64,000 nt of DNA from Candidatus Nomurabacteria bacterium (GCA_943354745.1 CALRDB010000002.1:3679-67678), one strand, 5' to 3'; positions 18,301-28,239 are shown, counted from the stretch's first letter. Notes: a model not told the origin generated them from the letters alone. A program made the numbers and translations.

Positions 18301-18568
18301 TTTAGGGTGCCAAACGGCAATCAGGTATGGACTACGCATAGAGCAAGGCCCTATAGGTTTTCCCATATCTTACAACCTATCAACCCTATGACGTCATGTC
18401 ATTTTTTCGCCGACTATGCCTCTCTTGCATGCGATGGCGAGGGAAGGTAGAGGTAGTACTTATCGCACCAGGCGAGTTCCCACTTTCCGTTCCCCAGATA
18501 GACGACAATCTATCATACTACCGACTTTAGGAATTTTTGCTAGTTGCCTTTCCGTCCACGCACCTTCT

Positions 18569-18871
18569 TTAATGACCTGTATTCAGTACCAGATGTGCAA
18601 ATGGCAGAAAATAATCCTGAAGCGATTTTTCATCCACTGAAAAATGATGTCTCTGTGACGGTAAATCTTCTACAACTTCCCGTAGCACATTAATTTCAGA
18701 GCGTTCTGCCGGCCGAAGCGGTAATTCAGAGAGAGCATCGAAGATTCCTCTTGCCCGTTTCATCGCCCCATCCGCGAGTGCCGTATCACCTTTTGCAAGG
18801 GCAGATTGGAGGCGAGAAACCTCGCTACCGAGGTTTGCTACATAAAAGGCACTTGTTCGCGCGGGTGTCAT
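18569..18871 (-). CDS. Hypothetical protein
   Basis: 100-aa ORF in operon-like arrangement with downstream ORF and trpS; overlaps next ORF by 4 nt. Confidence 0.45.
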   Translation of the reverse strand: MTPARTSAFYVANLGSEVSRLQSALAKGDTALADGAMKRARGIFDALSELPLRPAERSEINVLREVVEDLPSQRHHFSVDEKSLQDYFLPFAHLVLNTGH

Positions 18872-19212
18872 AGTATCCGTTTGTTAATAATCATTCTTAT
18901 TTTCTCCTGAAGCTCCGGACTTTCAACCAGCATACCCCTGTTGTTTTGGGCTGGACGGATATTGATGAGCGAAGTGAACTCAATCCACTCGGCACGAGGC
19001 CTGTTCAGATGAATGTTGAAACCCCAGACGGTATCCTGCTTTGAGCCATTCTCCGTTAGGCACATATTCGCGTCCATGTGATATTCGCCGCCGAGCGCCA
19101 GAATCTCTCGCTCAATATCAACTACGCCTTTTACCATATCACCGTACCACTCCCGAGCGAGTGTAGCCAGCTCCTCTCTCGAAATTGCCTCAGTTACGAT
19201 TTTAATCTCCAT
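18868..19212 (-). CDS. Hypothetical protein
   Basis: 114-aa ORF immediately downstream of trpS, 1-nt spacing. Confidence 0.45.
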   Translation of the reverse strand: MEIKIVTEAISREELATLAREWYGDMVKGVVDIEREILALGGEYHMDANMCLTENGSKQDTVWGFNIHLNRPRAEWIEFTSLINIRPAQNNRGMLVESPELQEKIRMIINKRIL

Positions 19213-20166
19213 CTAATATAGTTTAACTCCAACCTTCTCCCTCACCTCGTCCATTTTGGCCGAGGCTTTTTCCTTGGCGCGGATGCCGCCTTCCTTTAAG
19301 ACTTTGAGTACTGCGGCGGTATCGCCTGCGATAGTCTTTCGCTTCTCCCGAAGCGGGCGGATAAAGGTTTTGATGTCGTTAATAAGCGCCTCCTTGAGTG
19401 CTTTGTACTTCCCCTCGTGCTGTTTGTACAAGACGGTCAATTCTTCTTCGGAACGGAAAAGTTTGTGCATCTCGTACACATTCTTTGGAATGCCTCCGCT
19501 TGAATCGGTGACAATACTCATCACGCACTTTTCAATTTCGGCATCTTCGGCAAAGAGCGGAATAGTGTTGCCGTAGCTCTTGCTCATCTTGCGGCCGTCA
19601 ATACCGGGGACAACGGCAACGTTCGCCAAAATCTTCGGTTCAGGCAATTTAAAAGTTTCGCCGTAAATGCGATTGAATTTCTCGGCGGTGTCGCGGGTAA
19701 TCTCGACGTGCTGTTTTTGGTCAGCACCAACAGGCACTACATCAGTGTCATAGAGAAGGATATCCGCGACCATAAGCATCGGGTAGTTAAAGAGCCCAAC
19801 ACTTATCTCCTTGCTCAGATTCGCCTCCGCAGCTTTGTAGGCATGTGCTCTCTGGAGGTACGGCACTGTGGTTATTGTGTCGAATATCCATGCAAGCTCG
19901 GTGTGTTCAGAAACATCCGATTGTTTGAAGATAATGGATTTTTCTGGGTCTAGACCAATCGAAAGATAGTCAATGGCTAGGTCAATAATGTTTTGCTTCA
20001 TCACCTTCGCGTCCTGAATGGCGTTAAGTGCATGGTAATCCGCAAGCATGAAAAGGCAATCGTGAGTCTCCTGCATATCCACGAATTGTTTCATCGCGCC
20101 GAAAAAGTTGCCGATATGCGGCCTTCCCGACGGTTGTATTCCCGATAACAGTATCTTTTTTGACAT
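19213..20166 (-). CDS. trpS: Tryptophanyl-tRNA synthetase
   Basis: GIQPSGRPHIGNFFGA (HIGH), KMSKSYGN (KMSKS); 317 aa. Confidence 0.9.
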   Translation of the reverse strand: MSKKILLSGIQPSGRPHIGNFFGAMKQFVDMQETHDCLFMLADYHALNAIQDAKVMKQNIIDLAIDYLSIGLDPEKSIIFKQSDVSEHTELAWIFDTITTVPYLQRAHAYKAAEANLSKEISVGLFNYPMLMVADILLYDTDVVPVGADQKQHVEITRDTAEKFNRIYGETFKLPEPKILANVAVVPGIDGRKMSKSYGNTIPLFAEDAEIEKCVMSIVTDSSGGIPKNVYEMHKLFRSEEELTVLYKQHEGKYKALKEALINDIKTFIRPLREKRKTIAGDTAAVLKVLKEGGIRAKEKASAKMDEVREKVGVKLY

Positions 20167-20208
20167 GCTTGTAATACTACCAAAAACCGCACCTTTTTGG
20201 AACTGGCT

Positions 20209-20238
20209 CTGGATTCCTGCTTACACAGGAATGACAGG
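20209..20238 (-). repeat. Hairpin repeat family copy c
   Basis: rc: cctgtcattcctgtgtaagcaggaatccag; about 30 nt upstream of trpS start. Confidence 0.7.
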
Positions 20239-20381
20239 TATTAGAGATTAGGTGAATTAGAAATTAGACATTACTTTACAGTTTGACGGGAAGTTCAACA
20301 ATAAAGGTAGACTCTTTCCCTTCTCCTCCCGATTCGGCGAGGGAGGATACCTGTAGCCTCTACATAGTACCGTAGAGATCA

Positions 20382-20768
20382 CTAAGAAATGTTTTGTCTC
20401 GGGTAGCGCGTCCCTCGCAGCAAAAAGTTGTGTTCTATTTCTGAGAGCCCGAAAGCCTTTGTGAAATAGTTCAAAATAAAAGTCGTGTCCATCCCCACTT
20501 TGCAACTGTACACATCAGCAGTGAGAAAACGTCTCTCAGTAAACGTGTGAATACTGATATGACTTTCGGCAATCAGCACTACCCCACTCACTCCACCAGG
20601 ATCTTTGGCTCCATTTCCATCAAATACCACAAGTTGCGGTTCGGCAATTTTGTGCATACCGAGAAGCTCGGGAAGTTCATTGAGACATGAAAGAACAAGC
20701 TCCTTGTCACAGAGTCTCTTTTTATCACCGTTATATCCGTCAATTGTTAGATGTTCACCGAAATGCAT
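20382..20768 (-). CDS. speH: S-adenosylmethionine decarboxylase proenzyme (pyruvoyl-dependent, SpeH type)
   Basis: LIAESHISIHTFTE self-cleavage motif (ES|H). Confidence 0.8.
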   Translation of the reverse strand: MHFGEHLTIDGYNGDKKRLCDKELVLSCLNELPELLGMHKIAEPQLVVFDGNGAKDPGGVSGVVLIAESHISIHTFTERRFLTADVYSCKVGMDTTFILNYFTKAFGLSEIEHNFLLRGTRYPRQNIS

Positions 20769-20967
20769 ACGCTCTATAGCGACACCTATTAAAAACTATA
20801 CCGTAATGTAAAATCCCGCCTCCGGCACACCCTTCATCAAGGACGCACCGAAGGCGGGACTCCTCATAAATTAAAAAATCGGTTACCTAACGTAACCAAC
20901 TTATTTGGGAGGACTCGCCGCACTTGTGAACAATCTTTTGGAAGTATATGTGTAATCGTACACAGCG

Positions 20968-21594
20968 TCAACGCTTTTGTGTGGACAAACGTTCTCGTAA
21001 TTCAGGAAAGTGACGATACATCTTCTGATTAAAGTCGTCCATGTCAGTGAATAGCTCCGCGATAAAGCCTGTCTGCCTCGCAACCTTGATATTTTCATGC
21101 TCATCATCCCAAAAGAGTGTTTCTGGTGGATGTATACCTTTCGTCGTTTCTACGTAGTTCCAAAAGCTGGCATCTTCTTTTCGAGAGCCGACATGCGCCG
21201 ATGAAAACACGGCGTCAAAATACATACCGAGACCAAACTCATTGAGGATATAGTCGGTACGATATTTTTCATTATCCGTTGCCAGAAAGGTAGCAACACC
21301 ACTCGCCCGGAGTGTCTGTATGGTCGAAAGCATTTCCTCATTACGCAAACCTTCTTTACTAAACCAAAAATAAAGAAGCTCTTCGAGAGTGCCCTTCCAC
21401 CCCCAACTACGATAGTAGCGAGCGAGTTCAATCTTTAAATCTCGTTTGCCAATAGTACAATCTCGGAATACCTCATTGAAAAATGGCGCGGTAGTTTCCT
21501 TGGTAATACCGTAGTCGGCACACAATCGATCGGTGAACCGCTTATCGCGATTAATCACCACACCGTCTCCGTCAATAATAAGATTTTTAATCAT
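20968..21594 (-). CDS. HAD-superfamily hydrolase
   Basis: N-terminal IIDGDGVV (DxD motif I); overlaps MFS stop by 4 nt. Confidence 0.55.
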   Translation of the reverse strand: MIKNLIIDGDGVVINRDKRFTDRLCADYGITKETTAPFFNEVFRDCTIGKRDLKIELARYYRSWGWKGTLEELLYFWFSKEGLRNEEMLSTIQTLRASGVATFLATDNEKYRTDYILNEFGLGMYFDAVFSSAHVGSRKEDASFWNYVETTKGIHPPETLFWDDEHENIKVARQTGFIAELFTDMDDFNQKMYRHFPELRERLSTQKR

Positions 21595-22865
21595 GTTTTA
21601 TGTCGTGCGCGGTGCGGCTTCACTGGAATAAGAGAAAATGAGACGTGCTTCTTTCCATGCTTATGGACCACAAAACGGTAGAACATCCACACAAGCAAGA
21701 CAGGAATAGCACTTATGACAATGGTCCAGGTTGGCCCCACAAAGGTGTAAGCGAATCCTGCAAGTACCGGGCCGATGGCCCATCCAAGATCCTGAAAAAG
21801 CGTAATGACCCCCGCAATCGTACCATCGTTGTCGTGTTCACGATCGAGTGAGTGTAGCCAGGACCAAAGTGAAATGCTGGCCATTTCGTCTCCCGATGTT
21901 GCAAGAAACCCAAAAAGTAAAAAGAGCCAACCGAAGTCAAAGCCAAGGAGTATACCGGATACCGCGAATAAAAGCAGACCGAAAAAGACAAGAGCTCGCT
22001 TATCACTTCTATCGGCAAGATGTCCAAAAAGGAACCCGAGCAGTACAATCGAAAAGTCGAAGATACCCAAACCAAGACTGAGTAGTCCCGCATTCGCCTG
22101 ATGAGCGATCACGAGCGGTACGACAAACCAAATAGCACCGTAGAAAATACAACCGACGAAAGAGACGAGGAGTAACATACCACTCGCTGGGTTAAGGCGT
22201 TTAAGCGCTCTAAGTGTCGTGTGAAGAAAATGGCGACGAATAAAATAATGGTGCGAAGATACTTTCTTCTCCTTGTGAACTGAAACATAATCTTCCGGAC
22301 TAAAAAAAAGAAAAAACAACGAGACGAGGAGAAGTACGAAGATGACAGATCCCATAATTTCAGGTTTTTGTGTCAGTACCAAAGGAAGCGCAATGCTTGC
22401 AAGTACCACACCGATTGACCCCGCTACATCTCGAACTGAAATGAACTTACCCGCTATGTCCTTAGGAGCATGCGAAAGTACATACGCGTCAACGCCTGGT
22501 CCAAAGAAAAGCCAGCCAAAAATACTAAAGAGTAGACTAAGAAGATAGGTTATCCTCGTAAGCCCGAATGTAAGCGTAATCGCGGCAAACAAAAAGAGAA
22601 GAGTGGTTATCTTCAAAAATCTGCGATAACCAAAGCGGTCGAGAAGATGTCCCGCTGGAACATCGAGAAGAAGCTGCACAAAGGAGCAACTTCCCATCAG
22701 GAGACCGACGACCCACAAAGGAAAAAATTGCTCACCGAGAGGTGAGATAAGGGAGTAATGCAAACTCCCTCCGAATTTAAACAACAACAAGAAAAACCAA
22801 AATGGCAAAAAGCTTAGAAGAGCGTTTGCGAGTGAGCGAGTGTTTGCTGTTGAAGTGGAAGACAT
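21591..22865 (-). CDS. MFS transporter
   Basis: 12 predicted TM helices; start taken at MSSTSTANT since upstream ORF extension overlaps tRNA-Arg. Confidence 0.7.
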   Translation of the reverse strand: MSSTSTANTRSLANALLSFLPFWFFLLLFKFGGSLHYSLISPLGEQFFPLWVVGLLMGSCSFVQLLLDVPAGHLLDRFGYRRFLKITTLLFLFAAITLTFGLTRITYLLSLLFSIFGWLFFGPGVDAYVLSHAPKDIAGKFISVRDVAGSIGVVLASIALPLVLTQKPEIMGSVIFVLLLVSLFFLFFSPEDYVSVHKEKKVSSHHYFIRRHFLHTTLRALKRLNPASGMLLLVSFVGCIFYGAIWFVVPLVIAHQANAGLLSLGLGIFDFSIVLLGFLFGHLADRSDKRALVFFGLLLFAVSGILLGFDFGWLFLLFGFLATSGDEMASISLWSWLHSLDREHDNDGTIAGVITLFQDLGWAIGPVLAGFAYTFVGPTWTIVISAIPVLLVWMFYRFVVHKHGKKHVSFSLIPVKPHRARHKT

Positions 22866-22879
22866 GATGGGCTTATGAA

Positions 22880-22954
22880 TGGTGCTCCTAGCTGGAATCG
22901 AACCAGCATCATCTCCTTCGGAGGGAGATATCCTATCCATTGAACGACAGGAGC
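22880..22954 (-). tRNA. tRNA-Arg (anticodon CCG), CCA encoded
   Basis: rc gives GCTCCTG-TC-GTTCAATGGATAGGAT-A-TCTCC/CTCCGAA/GGAGA-TGAT-GCTGGTTCGATTCCAGC-TAGGAGC-A-CCA. Confidence 0.8.
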
Positions 22955-23097
22955 GTCAGGCACCTGCCCGACACGCTTCGCTGTCGATGCGGGCGGGAGT
23001 CGGGCAGGTATCCATTGAACGACAAGTGCGCACGACTATCTTATCTCCTCAGTCGGGAAATGGGAACCTCTTTTAGTTCCGTTGTCCGACTTGCCTT

Positions 23098-23388
23098 TTG
23101 ACTCATTTTCTTCTATCTTTTGCGTGGGCAGCAAATTTAGTAGAAATTATGAACGAAGATCAACTAATTATGCACGTGGAGGGAACCATCGTATTCTCTT
23201 CTGAGGGGTATACGAACCAGGCAAGGGCGGAACAACAAGGGAACCGAGAGGAGCCGGGAAAACCTTCACCTCTTCATAATACAAACAGCAATCAGGCTCT
23301 TTTTGCGGCGAACAAGCCTGCAAGGGAGTGGAGGCAGAGAAAACTCAATGAGGATAGACGCCGAGTACGGGGACTTGAAATTCGATAA
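23098..23388 (+). CDS. Hypothetical small protein (weak)
   Basis: Only ORF between tRNA-Arg and terminator; low complexity. Confidence 0.25.
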   Translation: MTHFLLSFAWAANLVEIMNEDQLIMHVEGTIVFSSEGYTNQARAEQQGNREEPGKPSPLHNTNSNQALFAANKPAREWRQRKLNEDRRRVRGLEIR

Positions 23389-23412
23389 CATATAAACATA
23401 TAAAAGAGACGA

Positions 23413-23452
23413 CAAATGCAAAAAGCGACCACCGGTGGTGGTCGCTCTTTTT
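23413..23452. terminator. Bidirectional rho-independent terminator
   Basis: aaaagcgaccaccggtggtggtcgctcttttttatctttt. Confidence 0.75.
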
Positions 23453-23494
23453 TATCTTTTCATCGTCTACATTCTACTTACTACTCGCTTCGCG

Positions 23495-24589
23495 CTATAT
23501 CCCCTGCTTCTTTAACTCTTCAACAAGCTTCTTTACGTCTTTCGAGAGCTTGCTTGGAAGGTCAATGACAATTTTAATAAGTAAGTCACCACGACGGTTC
23601 CTGTCGATGGGCACTCCTTTCCCTTTGAGGCGAAGCATCTCACCCGGTTTAATACCCTCGGGAATCTTAACCGTCACATTACCATCGAGAGTGGGAATAG
23701 TGTATTCATCACCGAGTAACGCGCTTGAAAGTTTAATCTGCAAATCCATAAGGAGATTACTTCCTTCTCTTTGGAAGAGAGCGTGCTTTTGTACATGTAC
23801 CTTCACATAGAGATCTCCTGCAACGCCTCCTTGTATTGCCTCACCTGCTCCCCCGAGACGGATAACTTCTCCATCTTCTATACCCACCGGCACCTTAACG
23901 ACAATCTCCTCCTGTTTTCGATTAACTCCAGCACCGTGACAGGTGCCACACTTCTCGGAAGGTACTTGGCCCCGTCCCAAACAATCATCGCAGGTCTTGG
24001 TGGTCTGGACAGCTCCGAAAATAGAACGACGACTTTCACGAATTTTGCCCTTACCATTGCAAGTTTTACAGGTCTCCAGCTTCGCGCCCGGCTTTGCTCC
24101 GCTTCCTTTACAGATATCACAGCTACTCGTCTTATTTAACAGCATGCGGCGTTCAACACCGAAGATAGACTCGGAGAATGAAAGCTCAATATCGACGGAA
24201 ATATCACGTCCGCGTCTCGCGCGCTCTCGTTGACCACCGAAGAAGTCACTGAAAATATCACCGAGGTCAAATTCAAATCCATTCGCGTTCCCGCTGAAAC
24301 CTTGCCCTGAAGCAAAGTTACTGAAATCGAATCCTTCAAAGCCTTCATGTCCGGCTCCAGCACCATTACTCGCGCCCCCGGAAAATACTCGGCCATAGGC
24401 ATCATACTCCGCGCGCTTTTTCTCGTCCGAAAGCACGCTGTACGCCTCGTTCACTTCTTTAAACTTCGCCTCATCACCACCTTTCTTATCGGGGTGGAAT
24501 TTATGCGCCATCGTACGAAACGCCTTTTTAATATCGTCTTGCGAGGCTGCTTTTTGGATACCGAGAAGGTCGTAGTAATTTTTTGACAT
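23495..24589 (-). CDS. dnaJ: Chaperone DnaJ (Hsp40)
   Basis: J-domain YYDLLGI…HPDK; four CxxCxGxG zinc-finger repeats. Confidence 0.9.
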   Translation of the reverse strand: MSKNYYDLLGIQKAASQDDIKKAFRTMAHKFHPDKKGGDEAKFKEVNEAYSVLSDEKKRAEYDAYGRVFSGGASNGAGAGHEGFEGFDFSNFASGQGFSGNANGFEFDLGDIFSDFFGGQRERARRGRDISVDIELSFSESIFGVERRMLLNKTSSCDICKGSGAKPGAKLETCKTCNGKGKIRESRRSIFGAVQTTKTCDDCLGRGQVPSEKCGTCHGAGVNRKQEEIVVKVPVGIEDGEVIRLGGAGEAIQGGVAGDLYVKVHVQKHALFQREGSNLLMDLQIKLSSALLGDEYTIPTLDGNVTVKIPEGIKPGEMLRLKGKGVPIDRNRRGDLLIKIVIDLPSKLSKDVKKLVEELKKQGI

Positions 24590-24813
24590 AGCTATACGAA
24601 AATACGAATTACACGAATCAACGAATGGCTACGAATAAGAATCGAAAATAAGTATATATCAAGAAGCTTCTACGCTAGATTGACAGAGTATACATTATGT
24701 TCTACTGTTTTGTCCAGCCGGTTTAGAAATCAACAAAAAAATGGCCGGGTAAGAGGATGGCACCAAATGAACAATTATAAATGTAACAAGGGGTGTCTTT
24801 TTTTATGCAAAAA

Positions 24814-25515
24814 TTACTGTATTATATACACCACATCCTTCCGTTCCACGATGACCTTCCAACCGCTACGCTTCGCGTGAGCGTAGAGCTTCGCGTTCGG
24901 ATTAAAGCACATCGGCTCGTCCACCAGTTCAAGGAACGGAATATCGCTCTCGGTATCCCCTACTCCGATTGAACCTTTAAGCGAAAGCTTCTCTTTCGCA
25001 ACCGCATGTTGAACCACAGCAGCTTTATTGAGCATAAAGGTCTCCTCGGTGATTTTGCCGGTGAATCGCTCTGTGGGTCCCGTCTCATACATAAGACCGT
25101 AGACCTTATCGAAACCAAGACGTTTGCAGAAATGATCCAGAACGCCTTTCGGTGAATGCGAAACCGCAAGCAAAAAATAATCCTTCTTTTTAAGATCCTT
25201 AATAAGGTCACGGGTGTAGCGATAGACACGGTCCTTCTGTTCAGCTACTACCTCTTCAGCAACGCGACTAAAATCGGCGTATGCGACACCCTTAATGTTC
25301 TGCATGAACACTTTGATAATCGCATGGATATATGCGTCATACTCACCTTTCCGGTCAAGCCATGCCAGTCTTTGCCGTGCAAAGTCCTGCGCCTTTTGCT
25401 TGCTAAAGATTCCCTCTTCAATGAGGCGGTCAACAATTTGGATAAGAAGACTTGAGCGGAAAATAGTTCCGTCGATATCGAAGATAGCTACCTTTTGCAT
25501 ATAAATAGTATACAC
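24814..25515 (-). CDS. HAD-IB family hydrolase (phosphoserine-phosphatase-like)
   Basis: VAIFDIDGTIF motif I; GVGDTESDIPFL motif III. Confidence 0.65.
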   Translation of the reverse strand: MYTIYMQKVAIFDIDGTIFRSSLLIQIVDRLIEEGIFSKQKAQDFARQRLAWLDRKGEYDAYIHAIIKVFMQNIKGVAYADFSRVAEEVVAEQKDRVYRYTRDLIKDLKKKDYFLLAVSHSPKGVLDHFCKRLGFDKVYGLMYETGPTERFTGKITEETFMLNKAAVVQHAVAKEKLSLKGSIGVGDTESDIPFLELVDEPMCFNPNAKLYAHAKRSGWKVIVERKDVVYIIQ

Positions 25516-25568
25516 CAGAGAGGACTAGCGTAACTTAAGTAAATGTGTTACCGTTTTACTAGAACCTT

Positions 25569-26054
25569 ATGAAAAAAATCTTCCCTGAGTACCCGAATCT
25601 ACTCCTCTACGCCAGTCAAAGCTGGAACCTCGGATTAGCAGCAGAAAGACTACAGGCACGTTGCAGAACGATCAGCACCTTTTCAGATACAGCGCTCGCT
25701 TCAAAGTTCATTACATCATATGGAAGTGAAATTGACTGTGTGATTCTCATTGTGCCGGCGAAAGAGATTATGAAGACTCCTTTTGGCATTTTGGCGATTA
25801 CATCGAAACCCATGGCGAAATTAGTCGCTGCCATTACCAAGAAATCGATCTTCTCAGCGATAATCAATCCCATTACATTCTGGGAGGTGTTTGATCATAC
25901 CCATCTCTCCGCAACTAAGATTGCGTTTAATCAAATGGATCGAGCCGTTGGTCCATGGCCGTCAAAAGAGAGACTGTACATGGACCTCGATTGGTCAGCC
26001 GTCTTTTCCATAGTGCAAGGTTTCATGCATGAGCGTGGCGATCACACACCGTGA
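25569..26054 (+). CDS. Hypothetical protein
   Basis: 161-aa ORF, no family recognised. Confidence 0.35.
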   Translation: MKKIFPEYPNLLLYASQSWNLGLAAERLQARCRTISTFSDTALASKFITSYGSEIDCVILIVPAKEIMKTPFGILAITSKPMAKLVAAITKKSIFSAIINPITFWEVFDHTHLSATKIAFNQMDRAVGPWPSKERLYMDLDWSAVFSIVQGFMHERGDHTP

Positions 26055-26115
26055 AAGTACCCTGAACGAATTCACAAAACGCCGATCCAATCTTGGAGCG
26101 GCATTTTTTATGCTA

Positions 26116-27171
26116 TTACATCTTAATAACTTTTTCCCAAGGAAGACCTTTTTTCCCAAAATGACCATAGGCGGCAGTCTGCAAATACCACGGTTTCCTG
26201 AGGTCAAGACGTTCGATAATCGCAAGTGGCCGAAAGTCAAAATGTTTCTTCACCAATGGCGCAAGACTCTTCCCTTTCTCGTCAATCGCGTGAACCATAA
26301 GCGGATCAATGTGGCCGATAGCATACGCGACAGAAACGAGACAATCTTTCGCGTATCCGTTTGCAACCAAATTTTTCGCCACAAACCGACACATGTAAGC
26401 AGCAGAGCGGTCGACTTTGGTGAGATCTTTTCCTGAGAATGCTCCTCCTCCATGACAGATAAGTCCGCCGTAGGTATCCACCATGATTTTGCGGCCAGTG
26501 AGTCCAGCATCTGCTTCGAATCCTCCCTGTACAAAACTCCCAGTTGGATTGACAAGGACCTCGATTCCTTGAAGCGACCCTATAATCGGAGCAATGATTT
26601 TCTTCGTAACGACATCGGTCACCTCGTCGTGCCCGACACTCTTGTCGTGCTGAGTAGAGACAAGCGCTGTGGCAATCTTGTTATCAAGAATGGTGATTTG
26701 GGTCTTACCATCGGGCTTGAGCCATTTTATTTCCTTTTTCTCTCGCGCCTCCTGAAGTCTTCGAGCCATCTTGTGTACTAACACAACACCCTTCGGTAAA
26801 AATTCGGGCGTTTCCGTCGTGGCAAAGCCGTACATAATACCTTGGTCGCCCGCACCTCCTGTGTTAACTCCTTGTGCGATATCAGGTGACTGCTCCACGA
26901 TAAAAACCTGGATATCTAACGGTTTGGTATAGCCAATACTTCTATACACCTGTGCAGCGATTTTCTTGTAATCCACCTTTGCTTTAGTAGTAACTTCTCC
27001 GCCGAGTACGAGATGTCCGTGGCTTCCAAACGTTTCTACGGCAACTCGACTCATAGGATCCTGCCTCATGCATTCGTCTAAAATCGCGTCTGAAATTTGG
27101 TCACAGACCTTATCTGGATGGCCATTGGTAACACTCTCTACGGTGTACGTCTTACGATCATGTATATGCAT
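26116..27171 (-). CDS. metK: S-adenosylmethionine synthetase
   Basis: GHPDKVCDQISDAILD, GGAGDQGIMYGFA motifs. Confidence 0.9.
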   Translation of the reverse strand: MHIHDRKTYTVESVTNGHPDKVCDQISDAILDECMRQDPMSRVAVETFGSHGHLVLGGEVTTKAKVDYKKIAAQVYRSIGYTKPLDIQVFIVEQSPDIAQGVNTGGAGDQGIMYGFATTETPEFLPKGVVLVHKMARRLQEAREKKEIKWLKPDGKTQITILDNKIATALVSTQHDKSVGHDEVTDVVTKKIIAPIIGSLQGIEVLVNPTGSFVQGGFEADAGLTGRKIMVDTYGGLICHGGGAFSGKDLTKVDRSAAYMCRFVAKNLVANGYAKDCLVSVAYAIGHIDPLMVHAIDEKGKSLAPLVKKHFDFRPLAIIERLDLRKPWYLQTAAYGHFGKKGLPWEKVIKM

Positions 27172-27256
27172 CGATTTGAAATTAATTTTTAATTTTCTAA
27201 TTTTTTAATTTCTAAATAATTTCCCGATGTCTTTTGTTTAAAAACTGGAAATTGGT

Positions 27257-27400
27257 TATTAAAAATTAAAATCCTTCCGTCCAGGAAGAATTTGACATTG
27301 TATCTTCCCTCGCGGGCTAGATGGAGCACCGCGTTCTCACAAAACCGGTTGCCGGAGGATCCTTGAGCTAGTACTCTCCCCTCTCTCTTGATATATATTC
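27257..27400 (-). promoter_or_regulatory. SAM-I (S-box) riboswitch with intrinsic terminator in metK leader
   Basis: Minus-strand RNA AUCAAGAGAGAGGGGAGAGUACUAGCUCAAGGAUCCUCCGGCAACC…GGUGCUCCAUCUAGCCCGCGAGGGAAGAUA matches SAM-I conserved blocks (AUCAAGAGAGG, GGCAACC, GGUGC..A); hairpin CUUCCUGGACGGAAG followed by U-rich tract. Confidence 0.6.
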
Positions 27401-27489
27401 AGTTGTGACTACATAGTATCTAACTTACGAAAAACATGCAAAGTTACACGACAACTATCTATAGTAGAACTTAGGCACTCGGTCTCTTT

Positions 27490-27519
27490 CTGTCATCCTC
27501 GCGGATGCGGGGATCCAGT
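27490..27519 (+). repeat. Hairpin repeat family copy d (variant CATCC arm)
   Basis: ctgtcatcctcgcggatgcggggatccagtg. Confidence 0.6.
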
Positions 27520-27537
27520 GTTGAGTTATTTTTTAAG

Positions 27538-27568
27538 GACTGGATTCCACTTTAGAGTGGAATGACAC
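27538..27568 (-). repeat. Hairpin repeat family copy e
   Basis: rc: gtgtcattccactctaaagtggaatccagtc. Confidence 0.7.
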
Positions 27569-27591
27569 CGATTGCGTAAATCCTACATATA

Positions 27592-28182
27592 TTACACCTC
27601 TATCGTTACGGCTCCTTCACGAAGTACCTGTGGCGCTCCACTAAGAAGCGACACCAGCGTGGAAGGTTTCCCCACATACGCTCGCTTTGCCCCGATATAC
27701 ATATCAACATGTGTCCCAAAATAAGACTTAGCTTCCTTAATGGTTCTTGCCGGCGTCTTTCCTTCGAAGTTCGCACTCGGCGCTACCAGTGGACCGGTCT
27801 CCTTGAGCAAAGCCTGGAGGCGGGAGGAGCGCGGAAGCCTGAACGCGAGTGAACCGGTATTACGATGCAAATACGAAAACTTTTTTGCTTTGCAAGGAAA
27901 GACAACACTTACTTTCCCTGGCCAAACCTTCTTCAGAAATTTCTCCTGTACCAGCGTGACTTTGCATCCAAATACACGGAGGTCCGTAATGTCACTGATC
28001 AGCACAATAAATGGTTTCTGTGCCGTCTCCCGCCGGAACGCGTATAGGCGCTCGACCGCTTTGCGGTTGAGCGCCTTAGCCACGATTCCATAGATAGTAT
28101 CGGTAGGAATAACCGCGAGACCTCCTCGACTGAGAAGTGAGCTAAGATGAGTTGAAAACATAGATGTCCTTATTATATACAA
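27592..28182 (-). CDS. tsaC: L-threonylcarbamoyladenylate synthase (YrdC/Sua5 family)
   Basis: VIPTDTIYGIVAKA…KPFIVLISD YrdC motifs. Confidence 0.75.
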   Translation of the reverse strand: MYIIRTSMFSTHLSSLLSRGGLAVIPTDTIYGIVAKALNRKAVERLYAFRRETAQKPFIVLISDITDLRVFGCKVTLVQEKFLKKVWPGKVSVVFPCKAKKFSYLHRNTGSLAFRLPRSSRLQALLKETGPLVAPSANFEGKTPARTIKEAKSYFGTHVDMYIGAKRAYVGKPSTLVSLLSGAPQVLREGAVTIEV

Positions 28183-28239
28183 AAATACGAACGCGGGGTT
28201 CGTACTTTCGTATCGGTTTTGGGAGTTCGTATTGTTTGA

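Noticed and set aside
18040-18420. RNase P RNA, tmRNA or SRP RNA in the 620-bp gap upstream of aspS
   Set aside because: Checked for P4 GGAAAGUCCGGGC / AGGGUGAAA..GGUGCGG, the tmRNA tRNA-like end, and the SRP GGAAGCAGCCAAGGCAG motif. Only loose partial resemblances were found, whereas the T-box platform matches precisely.
18121-18640. ORFs 18121..18366 (-) and 18416..18640 (+)
   Set aside because: Lie inside the structured aspS T-box leader and promoter region. No coding signal.
22879-23076. ORF 22879..23076 (+, 65 aa) and N-terminal extension of MFS ORF to 22940
   Set aside because: Both overlap the tRNA-Arg gene. The real MFS start is at 22865.
27172-27235. AT-rich TTAGAAATTAGA-like motif recurring upstream of metK, trpS and near 31117
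   Set aside because: Too short and too AT-rich to distinguish from generic AT-rich spacer. Not pursued.
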